Assembly: GCF_000008305.1 (NCBI RefSeq)
Contig: NC_006055.1
Span: 240,001-272,000, forward strand
Length of the DNA: 32,000 bases
Direction: 5' to 3'
From: Mesoplasma florum L1
Lineage (GTDB): Bacteria > Bacillota_I > Bacilli_A > Mycoplasmatales > Mycoplasmataceae
The position numbers and the translations under genes were made by a program. The notes under the pieces were generated by a model that searched no databases, was not told the origin of the DNA, and worked only from the letters and a program-made list of their open reading frames with translations. Shown here one piece after another: positions 20,518 to 31,737 of the stretch; within the stretch, counting starts at the first letter, position 1; each line of letters opens with the position of its first letter.

Positions 20518-22665
20518 ATGTTTCTAAATAAAAAAAGCGAAGATAACGGATTTAAACCAAAAACATTTAAACCAAAACAAAATTTTAATGCTAAATTTTT
20601 TAAATCATTAATTTATACATTAACTTTCACAGTTCTTGCTATATTATTTATTTTGGTTTTATTTGTTATTTTGAAATCACTTCATGTTTTTGAAGAACAA
20701 GGATTTTGAAGTTTCATAACAGGAACTAATTGAAAGCCTGGTAAAGATGGTGAAGGCCAATATGGAATTGGTTTAATCATTATAATGACAATAGTTCTTT
20801 TAACTATTTCAATGTTATTTGCTATTCCATTAACAATATTTACAACTCTATTTATTTCTGAATACTTATCTGTTGGTATGCAAAAAAAAGTTCTTACTGT
20901 TATTAAATTATTAGCCAGTGTTCCATCCGTTGTATTTGGTCTTTTTGCAAGAGATCAAATTGGTGCATTATTTCAATTAATGGGAGCGCCAAACAATGAT
21001 AACTTAATGGTCGCTTCTATGACTATGACATTCATGGCTGCTCCAACAATGATTAGTTTAAGTTACAATGCAGTTCAATCAGTACCAGAAGGGTATAGAC
21101 TTGGAAGTTTAGGACTTGGTATTTCAAAAGAACAAACAACATTTAAAATTATTAGAAAATCAGCTTCAGCTAAAATTATCTCAGCGATAATATTAGGTAT
21201 GGCAAGAGTTATTGGTGAAACTATGGCTATTATGATGATAGCTGGTAACTCAACTGGTGGATTTATAACTAATAGCGGAATAAGTGGATTCTTATTCTCA
21301 TCAATCAGAACATTAGCAGCTACTATTGGTCTTGAAATGACTGAAAATAGTGGTTCAACACATCAATCAGCTTTATATGCAATTGGTTTAATTTTATTCT
21401 TATTAGTTTTCATTATAAATATTGTAATTTTATTCATGTCTAATGTTGATAATATTAAATACTCAAGAAGAATAAAAAGAGAAGAAAAATTGAATAGTAA
21501 TTCTTCTAGAAAAATTAAAACACCAAAATATGTTTATGATAAAAAAATGTTAGGTATGATGGTTCATAATAGAACAGAAAATAAATTTTTCAAAAAAACA
21601 TATTCAGCTGTTATGTTATTTTTAATGTGAATATCAACAGCTATAATTATTTCTTTCACTTTTTGAATTTTAGGTGATGTTATTATTAAAGGTTTAATGG
21701 GGTTATCAGATCCAATAGCATTTATTCATATGGATACAGAAAATAGAACTGGTGGAGGAATCTTTGCTGCGTTATTCACAACTATTTTATTGGTTGTGTG
21801 TACTCTAATTTTTGCAATTCCATTCGCTTTAGGTGCTGCAATTTATTTAAATGAGTATGCAAGACAAAGTTCTGTTTTAACAAAATCATTTAGATTTGCA
21901 ATTAACTTATTGGCGTCAACACCATCTATTGTTTTTGGTATATTTGGTTTATCAATATTTATTGTTTTATTAGGATTACCTTTTAGTATATTGGCTGCAG
22001 GTTTGACTATGACTGTTGTTGTACTTCCAATGTTAATATCAAATTTTGAAGATGCATTACAACAAGTTCCTCATCAATATCGTGAAGCTGGTTCAGCTTT
22101 AGGTTTAACAAAGATTCAAACTTTATTTAAAATAATATTACCTAATGCAATGGAAGGTATTATTACTGGAATTATTTTAGCGATGGCTAAAATAATAGGA
22201 GAGTCAGCACCAATTTACTTAACACTTGGAACAGATATCCAAATGCCTACACAAGGTTTCTTATCACAAGGAACAACTTTAACAACAGGAATTTATATGA
22301 TGGTTGCTGAAGGAATTCCTGGACATGGTCAAGGAACAATATACTTAATGGCATTAATTACAATTATTTTAATTATTGGATTAAACTTTACATCTGGAAG
22401 ATTATCTTCATTGCTTGTACAAAAATCAAAAGATTTAAAAGCTAAATCAAAAATTAAACGAAAAGAATTTAATGTCAAAACAAAAGCTAAAATTAAAAAA
22501 ATGAAACCTTCACTCAAATTTAAATGAATGAAATTACAAAGTAAATTCAGAAAAGGTGAAATTAAAATAACATTCTTTAAAGAAATGGCATCAAAAAATA
22601 AATTGTGAGTTAAACGAAGAAAAGAATATAGAAAATTGAAAAAAGGAGTTATAGATCATGAGTAA
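20518..22665 (+). CDS. pstA: Fused phosphate ABC transporter permease PstC-PstA
   Basis: Track ORFs 20518, 20785 and 21697 are all in frame 1 and joined by TGA=Trp, with no TAA/TAG until 22663-22665; 715 aa. Two permease modules with EAA-like loops (first: [28 protein letters not shown]; second: [30 protein letters not shown]), then a roughly 80-aa Lys-rich tail. Confidence 0.85.
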
Positions 22666-23518
22666 TACACTTAAAAAAGATGAAACTTTTAAAGGTTTAG
22701 ATTTAAATAAAAACCAAAAAGAAGAAAAACCTGCAAAACTTCCTGCTTTATCAAAAAGAGCAGATGTTATCAAAGTATCAGATTTTAACTTCTTTTATAA
22801 AGGCAAAAAACAAGCGTTATTTAATATAAATATGGAAATTAAAGAAAATTCAATCACTACTTTCATTGGGCCTTCTGGTTGTGGTAAATCAACTTTATTA
22901 AGATCAATTAATAGAATGAATGATTTGATAAGTGGTTCTAGTGTTGAAGGTTCAATTGAAGTATTTAATGAAGAAATTTACAAACAAGGAACAGATGTTT
23001 CAAAATTGAGAACTGAAGTTGGAATGGTATTTCAAAAAGCTAACCCATTTCCTTTATCAATTTATGAAAATGTTGTTTATGGGCCAAAAACTCAAGGAGT
23101 TAAAAGCAAAAAAATATTAGATCAAATTTGTGAAGATTCTTTAAGAAAAGCAGCTCTTTGAGAAGAAGTTAAAGACAAACTTGAAACACCAGCTCTTGGT
23201 CTTTCAGGTGGACAACAACAAAGATTATGTATAGCTAGAGCAATTGCAATGCACCCAAAAATATTACTAATGGATGAACCAACTTCTGCACTAGATCCTA
23301 TTGCTACTTTAAAAGTTGAAGAGTTAGTATTAGAACTTAAAAAAGAATATACTATTGTAATGGTTACTCACTCATTACAACAAGCAACAAGAATTAGTGA
23401 TATGACCGCATATTTCTTAAAAGGTGAATTAATAGAGTATAATACAACTAAGAAAATATTTATAAATCCAAAAGACTCAAGAACAGAAGATTATATTTCA
23501 GGAAGGTATGGTGATTAG
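22658..23518 (+). CDS. pstB: Phosphate ABC transporter ATP-binding protein PstB
   Basis: Overlaps pstCA by 8 nt. Walker [10 protein letters not shown], signature [14 protein letters not shown], Walker [13 protein letters not shown]. Two track fragments are joined at TGA 23159-23161; 286 aa, including a roughly 35-aa N-terminal extension. Confidence 0.93.
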
Positions 23519-23521
23519 GAT

Positions 23522-24208
23522 ATGTCAATTAACAAAATTTTAGATAATGATATTCTACAATTAAGAAACATGCTTGAAGACATGATTAAAGAAACTAAAA
23601 TTCAGTTTGCTGAAACATTTGAAGTTATTACTAAGAATAATGTTGAGGGTGCGGCTTTAATTGTTGAGCATGACAAAATAATTAATGATAAACTGAATGA
23701 ATTTACATCAACAGCTCTTTGAAAAATAGCTAAACAGCAATTGGTTGCTCGTGATTTAAGACTTGCTGTTGGAGGTATATTACTTGCCAGAGAAATTGAA
23801 ATTATTGCTGACTATTCTAAAAAACTATGTATATTCTTTTCTAAATTCAAACCAACAAAAAAATATACAACATCAATTGTTAACCTTTTCCAACTTGTAA
23901 TAGATATGTTAGATAGTTTTTCAGAATTATTTTCAAACTTTGACAATAATTTAGTTGTTAAAGTAATGGAACTTGAAGCTCAAATTAATAAAGAATTTGA
24001 AGAACTGTATTCATATTTAGTAAAAGCACTTAAAAAAGCTGAAAATAATGAAGAGCTTTTAGAAATTTCTGAAGCAATGAAGCAAGCTAAAAATTTAGAA
24101 AGAGCTGGAGATCATTTATTAACAGTTCAAGAAATTGTTTCATTCATAAGAACAGGAAGATTCGAAGAAACTTCAGAAATTTATGATAATTTAAAAACAT
24201 TAATGTAA
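23522..24208 (+). CDS. phoU: Phosphate signalling/transport accessory protein PhoU
   Basis: Two track fragments in frame 2 joined at TGA. Two PhoU repeats (ARDLRLAVGGILLAREIEIIADY and KNLERAGDHLLTVQE); 228 aa. Confidence 0.88.
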
Positions 24209-24214
24209 TAAATT

Positions 24215-24241
24215 AAATTCTGTATATTCAGAATTTTTTTA
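24215..24241 (+). terminator. Intrinsic terminator after phoU
   Basis: Stem aaattctg (24215-24222) / cagaattt (24229-24236), loop tatatt, then a T-run. Confidence 0.75.
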
Positions 24242-24287
24242 TTTATGATAATTTGATAAAATAATAAATAGTAGACAGAGGTATATC

Positions 24288-25391
24288 ATGGGTTTTTGAA
24301 ATAAATTAAAAGATAAAATATCTGGTAATCAAACAGAAAAAAAAGTTAATGAAGAAAAAGTTATTAAATCTGAAACTGTTATCGAAAATAAACAACCAAC
24401 AGAAAAAGAAATAGCTAAAAAGCAAAAACAAAAAGCTAAAAAAGAAAAAGCAGAAAAAGCGATTGCCAAATCAGCTTTAGATTTCTCAAAAGATATTAAA
24501 AAACTTTCTAAAAAATACAAAAAAATGGATGATGACTTTTTTGATGAACTTGAAGAAGTATTAATTAAAACAGACATGGGAATGAAAATGGTTTTAAAAA
24601 TTTCAAATAATATAAGAAGAAAAGTTAAGAATACATCTGAAGCGAATGAATTTAGAGAAATATTAGCAGAAGAAATTTATGATATTTATACTGATGGTTC
24701 TAAAAAGGTTGAAGAGCTAAATTTTGAAGATGGAAGATTAAATGTCTTTATGGTTATTGGTGTAAACGGAACTGGTAAAACAACTTCATTGTCAAAGATA
24801 GCTAATTACTATGCAGAACAAAACAAGAAAGTTCTTATTGCAGCAGCAGATACATTTAGAGCTGGTGCTATTGAACAATTAGAAGAATGAGTTGATAAAA
24901 GACTTGATAATAAAGTTGATCTAGTAAAGGGTAAAAAGCAAAATCAAGATCCAGCTAGTGTTGTATTTGATGCGCTTGAAAAAGCAAAAGCAGAAAATTA
25001 TGACTTATTATTAATAGATACTGCTGGTAGACTGCAAAACAAAATAAACTTAATGAAAGAGTTAGAAAAAATGTATCAAATTGTTCATAAGTTTGATAAA
25101 AAAGCTCCTCATGAACTATTATTAGTAATTGATGCAACAACTGGGCAAAATGGTGTTATGCAGGCTCAAGAATTTAATGAAGTTGCAGATGTAACTGGAA
25201 TTGTTTTAACAAAAATGGATGGAACAAGTAAAGGTGGTATTGCCTTATCAATTAAAGACCAATTAAACATACCAGTAAAATTAGTTGGTGTTGGAGAGCA
25301 AGTTGATGATATTGAGAAATTTGATGTTGATCAATATGTTTATAGTTTAGTCGTTGGATTTATGGAAGATAAGGAAGAAGACGATGAGTAA
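24288..25391 (+). CDS. ftsY: Signal recognition particle receptor FtsY
   Basis: ATG at 24288 follows AGAGGT. Lys-rich acidic/basic N-terminal A-domain, then the NG domain: GVNGTGKTTS, AADTFRAGAIEQLEEW, LIDTAGRLQN, TKMDGTSKGG. Three fragments are joined by TGA; 367 aa. Confidence 0.93.
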
Positions 25392-25710
25392 AATAACTTT
25401 AGAAAAAACTTTAGAATTATCTTCTTTATTTTATTTATACAAGAATATGTTGACTGAAAAACAGATTGAATATTTTGAACTTTATTTTGAAGAAGATTTG
25501 AGTTTTCAAGAAATTGCAGATCAATTAGGAATATCAAAAGCAGCAGCTCATGATGCAATTAACAAAATTATTAAGTCTTTAAATGATTTAGAAGATAAAT
25601 TGCAATTAAATCACAAAAAAATATCAATTAATGAATTGCTAGAAAAAAATAAAAATTCAAAAAACGAAGAAGTTTTAAATTTAATTAAAAAAATAGAAGA
25701 GGTCATTTAA
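25384..25710 (+). CDS. ylxM: YlxM/UPF0122 helix-turn-helix protein (SRP-associated)
   Basis: I prefer the ATG at 25384 (after AAGGAAGAAG, 8-nt overlap with ftsY) over the track start at 25354. LYKNMLTEKQIEYFELYFEEDLSFQEIADQLGISKAAAHDAINK matches the YlxM sigma-70-region-4-like fold; 108 aa. Confidence 0.85.
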   Translation: MSKITLEKTLELSSLFYLYKNMLTEKQIEYFELYFEEDLSFQEIADQLGISKAAAHDAINKIIKSLNDLEDKLQLNHKKISINELLEKNKNSKNEEVLNLIKKIEEVI

Positions 25711-26474
25711 TGAAAGTACTAATGATAGGAGATGTCTTTGCCAAACCAGGAAGAGACGTTTTTAAACAAAACATTGAAAAATTAATAAATGACAATCAAG
25801 TAGACTTTGTTGTTGTTAATGGTGAAAACACAACTCATGGTAAATCAATTTCAAAAGAACACTACAACTTTTATAAAGAGAATCATGTTGACGTTATAAC
25901 AAGTGGAAATCATATTTTTAAAAATCCAGAAGTTTTAGATTACATTCAAAATACTCCTGATCTTTTAAAACCAATGAACATGTATAAGACACCTGGAAGT
26001 GGTTATGTAGTTATTGAAAAGAATAATAAAAAAATTTGTGTTCTGAATTTAATGGGAAATAATTTTATGGATCCTTCAAACAGTGTTTATGAAACTATGG
26101 AAGATTTTTTAGGTTTAAAAATAGCCTATGATATATTACTTGTTGATTTTCATGCTGAAACAACAGCTGAAAAAATAGCTTTTGCTTTAAATTATGATGG
26201 TATCATAACAGGATTTGTTGGGACACATACACACGTCCAAACAGCAGACGAAAGAATACTTCCAAAAGGTACAGCATTTATTACAGACTTAGGCATGAGT
26301 GGGGTTATTGATTCTGTTATTGGTATAGAAGCAAGTGATGCTATTTATAAGCAAAAAACAGGTTTAGTTAAACGTTTTCAACCTGCTAAAGGTAAAGCAA
26401 AACTTAATGGAGTAATCATTGAAATTGATGAAAAATCTAACAAAGCTACAAACATCAAAAGAATAAGTATTTAA
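25710..26474 (+). CDS. ymdB: YmdB-family metallophosphoesterase (2',3'-cyclic-nucleotide 2'-phosphodiesterase-like)
   Basis: Intact 254-aa ORF; the ATG overlaps the ylxM stop (TAATG). Motifs MKVLMIGDVFAKPGR, VVNGENTTHGKSI, TSGNHIF, DFHAETTAEK, GTHTHVQTADERILP. Confidence 0.85.
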   Translation: MKVLMIGDVFAKPGRDVFKQNIEKLINDNQVDFVVVNGENTTHGKSISKEHYNFYKENHVDVITSGNHIFKNPEVLDYIQNTPDLLKPMNMYKTPGSGYVVIEKNNKKICVLNLMGNNFMDPSNSVYETMEDFLGLKIAYDILLVDFHAETTAEKIAFALNYDGIITGFVGTHTHVQTADERILPKGTAFITDLGMSGVIDSVIGIEASDAIYKQKTGLVKRFQPAKGKAKLNGVIIEIDEKSNKATNIKRISI

Positions 26475-26497
26475 AAGCAAATTATTTGCTTTTTTTG
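26473..26497 (+). terminator. Intrinsic terminator after ymdB
   Basis: Stem agcaaa (26476-26481) / tttgct (26485-26490), extended by A/T pairs, with T-run 26491-26497. Confidence 0.65.
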
Positions 26498-26498
26498 T

Positions 26499-26527
26499 TT
26501 CAGATTTTTAAACCGATTTAGTATAAT
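26499..26527 (+). promoter_or_regulatory. Sigma-70-type promoter for metK
   Basis: -35 TTCAGA (26499-26504), 17-nt spacer, -10 TATAAT (26522-26527). The predicted leader is only about 27 nt. Confidence 0.5.
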
Positions 26528-26560
26528 TTATATTGATATCGCAGAAGGGAAAATGGAAAA

Positions 26561-27694
26561 ATGAGAAAATTATTTACTAGCGAAAGTGTTTCAGAAGGAC
26601 ATCCAGACAAAATATGTGATCAGATATCTGATGCGATATTGGATGAAGTTCTGAAACAAGACCCAAACGCTAAGGTAGCCTGCGAAACATTCGCTACCAC
26701 AAACTATTTATTAATCGGAGGGCAGATAACTACAACTGCTTCTGTTGATTATGAAAAAATTGCACGTGATGTATTAAGAAAAATAGGATACAACAACGAT
26801 GCATATGGTATCAATGCTGACACTTGTAAGATTGATATTAGAGTTGAACAACAATCAGCTGATATTGCTTTAGGAATCGATTTAGATACTGAAGTTATTG
26901 GAGCTGGTGATCAAGGAATTATGTTTGGATATGCAACAAACGAATCTAAAACATTCTTGCCTTTAGCTATTACTATTTCACATGAATTAGTTTATTTAGC
27001 ATCAAAGTTAAGAAAAGAAGGAAAATTTAAATGAGCAAGACCAGACATGAAATCTCAAGTAACAATTGATTATACAGATGAATCAAATCCTAAAATTGAT
27101 ACAATCTTAATGTCAATTCAACATGATGATGAAATGATTGAAGAAGAATTTAAAAAATTCATAAAATCTGAAATAATGGATGTTGTTGCAAAAGAATTTG
27201 AATTGAATACTGATTTTAATGTTTTAATCAATCCAACAGGAAGATTTGTTATTGGTGGACCACAAGGTGATACTGGATTAACAGGTAGAAAAATTATTGT
27301 TGATACTTATGGTGGATATTCACGTCACGGTGGTGGAGCCTTTTCAGGTAAAGACGCAACAAAAGTTGATAGAAGTGCTGCCTATATGGCTAGATATGCT
27401 GCTAAAAATTTAGTTGCATCAGGATTAGCTGATAAAATTGAAATTCAAGTTTCATATGCAATTGGTAAACCAGAACCAGTTTCAATTTTTATTGAAACAT
27501 TTGGAACAGAAAAAGTTAGCAAAGAAGTTATAGCAAAAGCATTAAATGAAAATTTTGATTTTTCAGTAAACGAAATTATTAAAAAATTAGATTTAAGAAA
27601 ACCAACATTCTTAAAAACTGCAACTTATGGACACTTTGGAAAAGATGAATTCACATGAGAACAATTGGATAAAGTTAAGACAATTAAAAAATAA
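26561..27694 (+). CDS. metK: S-adenosylmethionine synthetase
   Basis: Motifs FTSESVSEGHPDKICDQISDAILD, GAGDQGIMFGYA, KWARPDMKSQVT (Trp from TGA 27032-27034), GGPQGDTGLTGRKIIVDTYGG, GGGAFSGKD. Continues past TGA 27656-27658 to TAA 27692-27694; 377 aa. Confidence 0.95.
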
Positions 27695-27698
27695 AAAC

Positions 27699-27727
27699 AA
27701 ATCACTTTTTAAAAGTGATTTTTTTGT
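27699..27727 (+). terminator. Intrinsic terminator after metK
   Basis: Long palindrome aaatcactttt/aaaagtgattt followed by a T-run. Confidence 0.75.
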
Positions 27728-27760
27728 TATAAAATAATAACTAATAAAAGGAGAGATTAT

Positions 27761-29659
27761 ATGACAAAAATTAGACCACAAGATAATTTCTATGATTCAG
27801 TAAATAAAGAATGAATAGATAATAATGAATTACCAGATGGATATGCATCATGAGGAAGTTTTGAAATGCTTCAAAAAAAATCAACAGACGATATTAAAGC
27901 AATTATTAACGAACTTGTTAATGCAACTAAATTAGACAGAGATAGCAAAATGATAGCTAACCTTAGATCAAATTATTTAAATGATAAAGCAAGAAATAAA
28001 CAAGGCATAAAACCTATTCAACCAATTTTAAATAAAATAAGTGCCTTAACTGATAAAAAAGAACTGACAAGTTTATTTGTTGATTTATTCCAAGAGTGAG
28101 GGATTTCTTTCTTCCACTCAAAAGGCGTAGATTCAGATTTTAAAGATAGCAATTTAAGAGCTTTAATGATTGATTCAATGGGTTTAGGAATGTCAGATAG
28201 AGATTTCTATGAAGAAACTCACCCAAGACATGAAGAAATTAAAAATGCTTATAAAAATTACATTGAAAACTTAGTAAAGCTTTCAGGTGTAAGATTAAAT
28301 ACAAAAGATATTTTTAATTTAATTTATAGTTTTGAGGAAAAAATATCAAAATCAATGTTTAAACAAGAAGAATTACGTGAACCTGAAAATATTTATAATG
28401 TAGTAACTATTAAAGAATTAAACGATATATGTCCGATTGTTGATTGAACAGAATATCTAAATAAAACTGGTTATGACAAAGCATCAAAAATTATTTTAAC
28501 TGAACCTAAATATTTTGAAAAACTAAATCAAATGATTGAAGAAATAAGTTTAGATGATTTAAAAGATATTATGTCATATAAAGTTACTAGTTCTTACTCA
28601 AGAATGTTAACAATTGATTTATATGAAAATAGCTTCAAGTATGGATCAGTATTTAGCGGTGTTAAAAAAATGAAACCAATTGAAGATAGAGTAGTTGAAT
28701 TTGTTGATGGTACTCTTGGAGAATTAATTTCAAAAGAATATGTAAAACGTCATTTTTCTGAAGATGCTAAAAAAGATGTTTTAAAAATGGTTAATGATCT
28801 ATTGAAAGTATATGAAAATAGAATTAATACATTAGATTGAATGTCAGATGAAACAAAAACAAAAGCTATTGAAAAATTAAATTCATTCACTATTAAAATT
28901 GGTTATCCTGACAAATGAGAAGATTTAAGTGATGTTGAAATCCTTAGTTATGAAGAAGGCGGAAGTTTATTCGATAATATGCAAAGTTTAGCTAAACATT
29001 ATATTAAAAAAGAGCTAAAAGAAATTAATTTACCTGTTGATAAAACAAAATGATATATGGATGCACAAACTGTAAATGCATATTACAATCCAACATCAAA
29101 TGAAATCTGTTTCCCTGCTGGGATTTTACAAAAACCATTTTATGATGTAAATCAATCTCATGCTGCTAACCTTGGTGGAATTGGTGCTGTTATTGGACAT
29201 GAAGTTAGTCATGGTTTTGATGATGAAGGAAGTAAATTTGATAAAGATGGAAACTTTGAAAACTGATGAACTGAAACAGACAATGAACAATACAAATTAA
29301 GAACTCAAAGAGTTGTTGATCAATATAACGAATATCAAATTAATGGTTCGAATGTTAATGGTAAATTAACACTTGGTGAAAACATTGGTGATTTAAGTGG
29401 AGTTGCTGCTGCTTTAGATATATGTAAAGCACAAAGTCCAAATGATTTAAAAGACTTCTTTACAAACTATGCTTTAGTATGAAGAAGAAAAGCAACTGAT
29501 GAACAAAAAAACACAAGACTATTAGTTGATCCTCATTCACCTGAAGAATTCAGATGTAATGGTGTATTAGTAAACATAAATGAATTCCATGAAGTTTATG
29601 AAACTAAACCTGGTGATGGAATGTATAAACCAGAAGAAGAAAGAACTAAAGTTTGATAA
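27761..29659 (+). CDS. pepO: M13-family zinc metalloendopeptidase (PepO-like)
   Basis: ATG follows AAAGGAGAG. Five track fragments in frame 2 are joined by TGA=Trp; 632 aa. N-terminus [14 protein letters not shown], then VNAYYNP, zinc motif [15 protein letters not shown] encoded by tandem TGA TGA (29264-29269), GENIGDLSG, and the typical C-terminal ...KVW then TAA. Confidence 0.9.
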
Positions 29660-29669
29660 TAAACTATTT

Positions 29670-29696
29670 AAACCGTCTTTAAGATGGTTTTTTTCT
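29670..29696 (+). terminator. Intrinsic terminator after pepO
   Basis: Stem aaccgtc (29671-29677) / gatggtt (29683-29689) with one G-U pair, then a T-run. Confidence 0.7.
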
Positions 29697-29738
29697 TGTT
29701 TTAACTTATAATTTTATATAGAAGCAAGAGGTTTAATA

Positions 29739-31067
29739 ATGCAAAAAGAAGTAAATATTATTGGTGCAGGATTAGCTGGTTGCGAAGCTGCTTATTTATT
29801 AGCTAACAATGGAGTTAAAGTAAACTTATTTGAAGTTAAGTCTTTAATGAAAAACGATATTCAAAAAACTAATGATTTAGGAGAATTGGTTTGTTCTAAT
29901 ACTTTAAGAAGTAAATCGAAGAAAAATGCTGCAGGGATTTTAAAAAATGAAATGAAGTTATTAAATTCATTAGTTATAAAAGCTGCATTAGAAAATGAAA
30001 TACCAGGTGATGATGCATTGAGTGTTGATCGTTTTGGTTTTAGCAAATATATTACTGATAAAATTAAGAATCATAAAAATATAAATTTAATTGAACAAGA
30101 AGTTTCTGAAGTTGATTATACAAAAGTAACTATCATAGCCTCAGGTCCGTTGACAACAGATAAATTAGGTAAAAATATTGAATTAATGACAGGTAATGAA
30201 AAATTATTCTTTTTAGATGCTTCAGCACCTATTATTACAAAGGATAGTATCGATTTTAACAAGGTATATTGAGCAAGTAGACATAATGATGGTAAAGATG
30301 GTCAATATATATGCATACCACTTAATGAAGAGCAATTTAATGCGTTTGTTGAAGAATTAAAGAATGCTGAAACTATTAAATTAAAATCATTTGAGAAAGA
30401 AATATATTTCAAAGGATGTCAACCAATTGAGCAAATAGCAAAAACAAGTAAAAAAGTATTATTAAATGGACCACTATCGCCAAATAATTTAATTGATGAA
30501 AATGGAAATACACCTTTTGCTGTTGTTCAATTACGTCAAGATGATGCAATTGATTCACTTTATAATTTTGTAGGTTTTCAAACTAATATTAAATGACCTG
30601 AGCAAAAAAGAATTTTACAGACATTACCTGGTCTTGAAAATTTAAATATTGTTAGATTTGGAGTTATGCATAAAAATTATTATATTAATTCTCCTAAATT
30701 GCTTAATAGATCACTACAAGTCAAAAGGAATAAAAACATTTTCTTTGCAGGTCAAATAACTGGGGTTGAAGGTTATATTGAATCTGCAAGTAGTGGTATT
30801 CTTACTGCAATCAATGTCTTAGCATATTTAAACAATATAAAAATTGAACAGCCATCAAGAAAATCTATGTTAGGAGCTCTTAATTTTTATATAACTAATC
30901 CAAAGCATGATAAATTAAAACCAATGAAATGTAATTTAGGAATTTTAGATCAACAAAATAAAAATGCTAAATCAGAGTTCTATTCATTTGATGAATCAGA
31001 AAGAGAAATAAGAAGATTCATAAAGGGTATTAATAATTTTGCAAAGATAGGTGAAAACAATGAATAA
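29739..31067 (+). CDS. trmFO: Methylenetetrahydrofolate--tRNA-(uracil54-C5)-methyltransferase TrmFO (Gid)
   Basis: FAD-binding N-terminus [18 protein letters not shown], then [45 protein letters not shown]. Track fragments 29739 and 30666 are joined through two TGA codons; 442 aa. Confidence 0.9.
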
Positions 31068-31710
31068 GAAATGAAATAGTTTATTAACAAATCAAGATCT
31101 TTCAAAAAGAATTGAAAACACAATCGAGTTGGCATATAAAACGAATGAAAAAATTTATCCCTCAAAAGAAGATTGTTTAAGATTATTTGATTTAATCTCA
31201 CCAGATGAAATCAAAGTAGTAATAATTGGTCAAGACCCGTATCATAATCCTAAACAAGCTAATGGAATAGCTTTTAGCGCAAGTAAAGATATCAAAACAC
31301 CCAAAAGTCTAATTAATATTTTTAAAGAATTAGAAAATGACTTAGGTATAAAACATTATGATAATAATGATTTAAGCAATTGGGTTAAACAAGGCGTTTT
31401 ATTAATTAATACTTGTTGAACTGTAATTGAAAATCAACCTGGAAGCCACTCAAAATTAGGTTGACAAGAAATAGTTAGTGATATATTGGTTAATCTAAAC
31501 AAACAGAATCCAAACATTGTTTATTGTTTATGAGGAAATTATGCTAAAAAGGTTTATGAAAATTTAGAACATAAAGCAAATAATGTCATTAACTCTGCTC
31601 ACCCATCACCATTTAGTTATTTGAAAGGTTTTAAAAATTCAAAACCTTTCTCAACAATAAATACAATTTTAGTTAATAATTCTTTAGAACCAATTGATTG
31701 GTCTAAATAA
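31060..31710 (+). CDS. ung: Uracil-DNA glycosylase
   Basis: The ATG at 31060 overlaps trmFO by 8 nt. Motifs [29 protein letters not shown] and HPSPFS. Continues through 3 TGA codons to TAA 31708-31710; 216 aa. Confidence 0.9.
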
Positions 31711-31737
31711 GGTAAAATAATAAATAAGGAGTTACAT

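Noticed and set aside
20518-22665. pstC/pstA appearing as three fragments, which might suggest frameshifted pseudogenes
   Set aside because: All fragments are in the same frame and are separated only by TGA codons. Under table 4 this is one continuous permease, so no frameshift is needed. The same holds for mgtE, fakA, smc, ftsY, metK, pepO, trmFO and ung.
24330-24520. Repetitive AAAAAG/AAAGAA-rich stretch resembling a tandem repeat
   Set aside because: It is the in-frame Lys/Glu-rich A-domain of FtsY (KKQKQKAKKEKAEKA...). This is low-complexity coding sequence, not a structured repeat or CRISPR array.
26498-26560. Possible SAM riboswitch (S-box or SMK box) upstream of metK
   Set aside because: A good promoter (TTCAGA-17-TATAAT, 26499-26527) leaves only about 27 nt of leader. 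No SAM-I/SAM-III conserved segments or SD-sequestering helix are visible.
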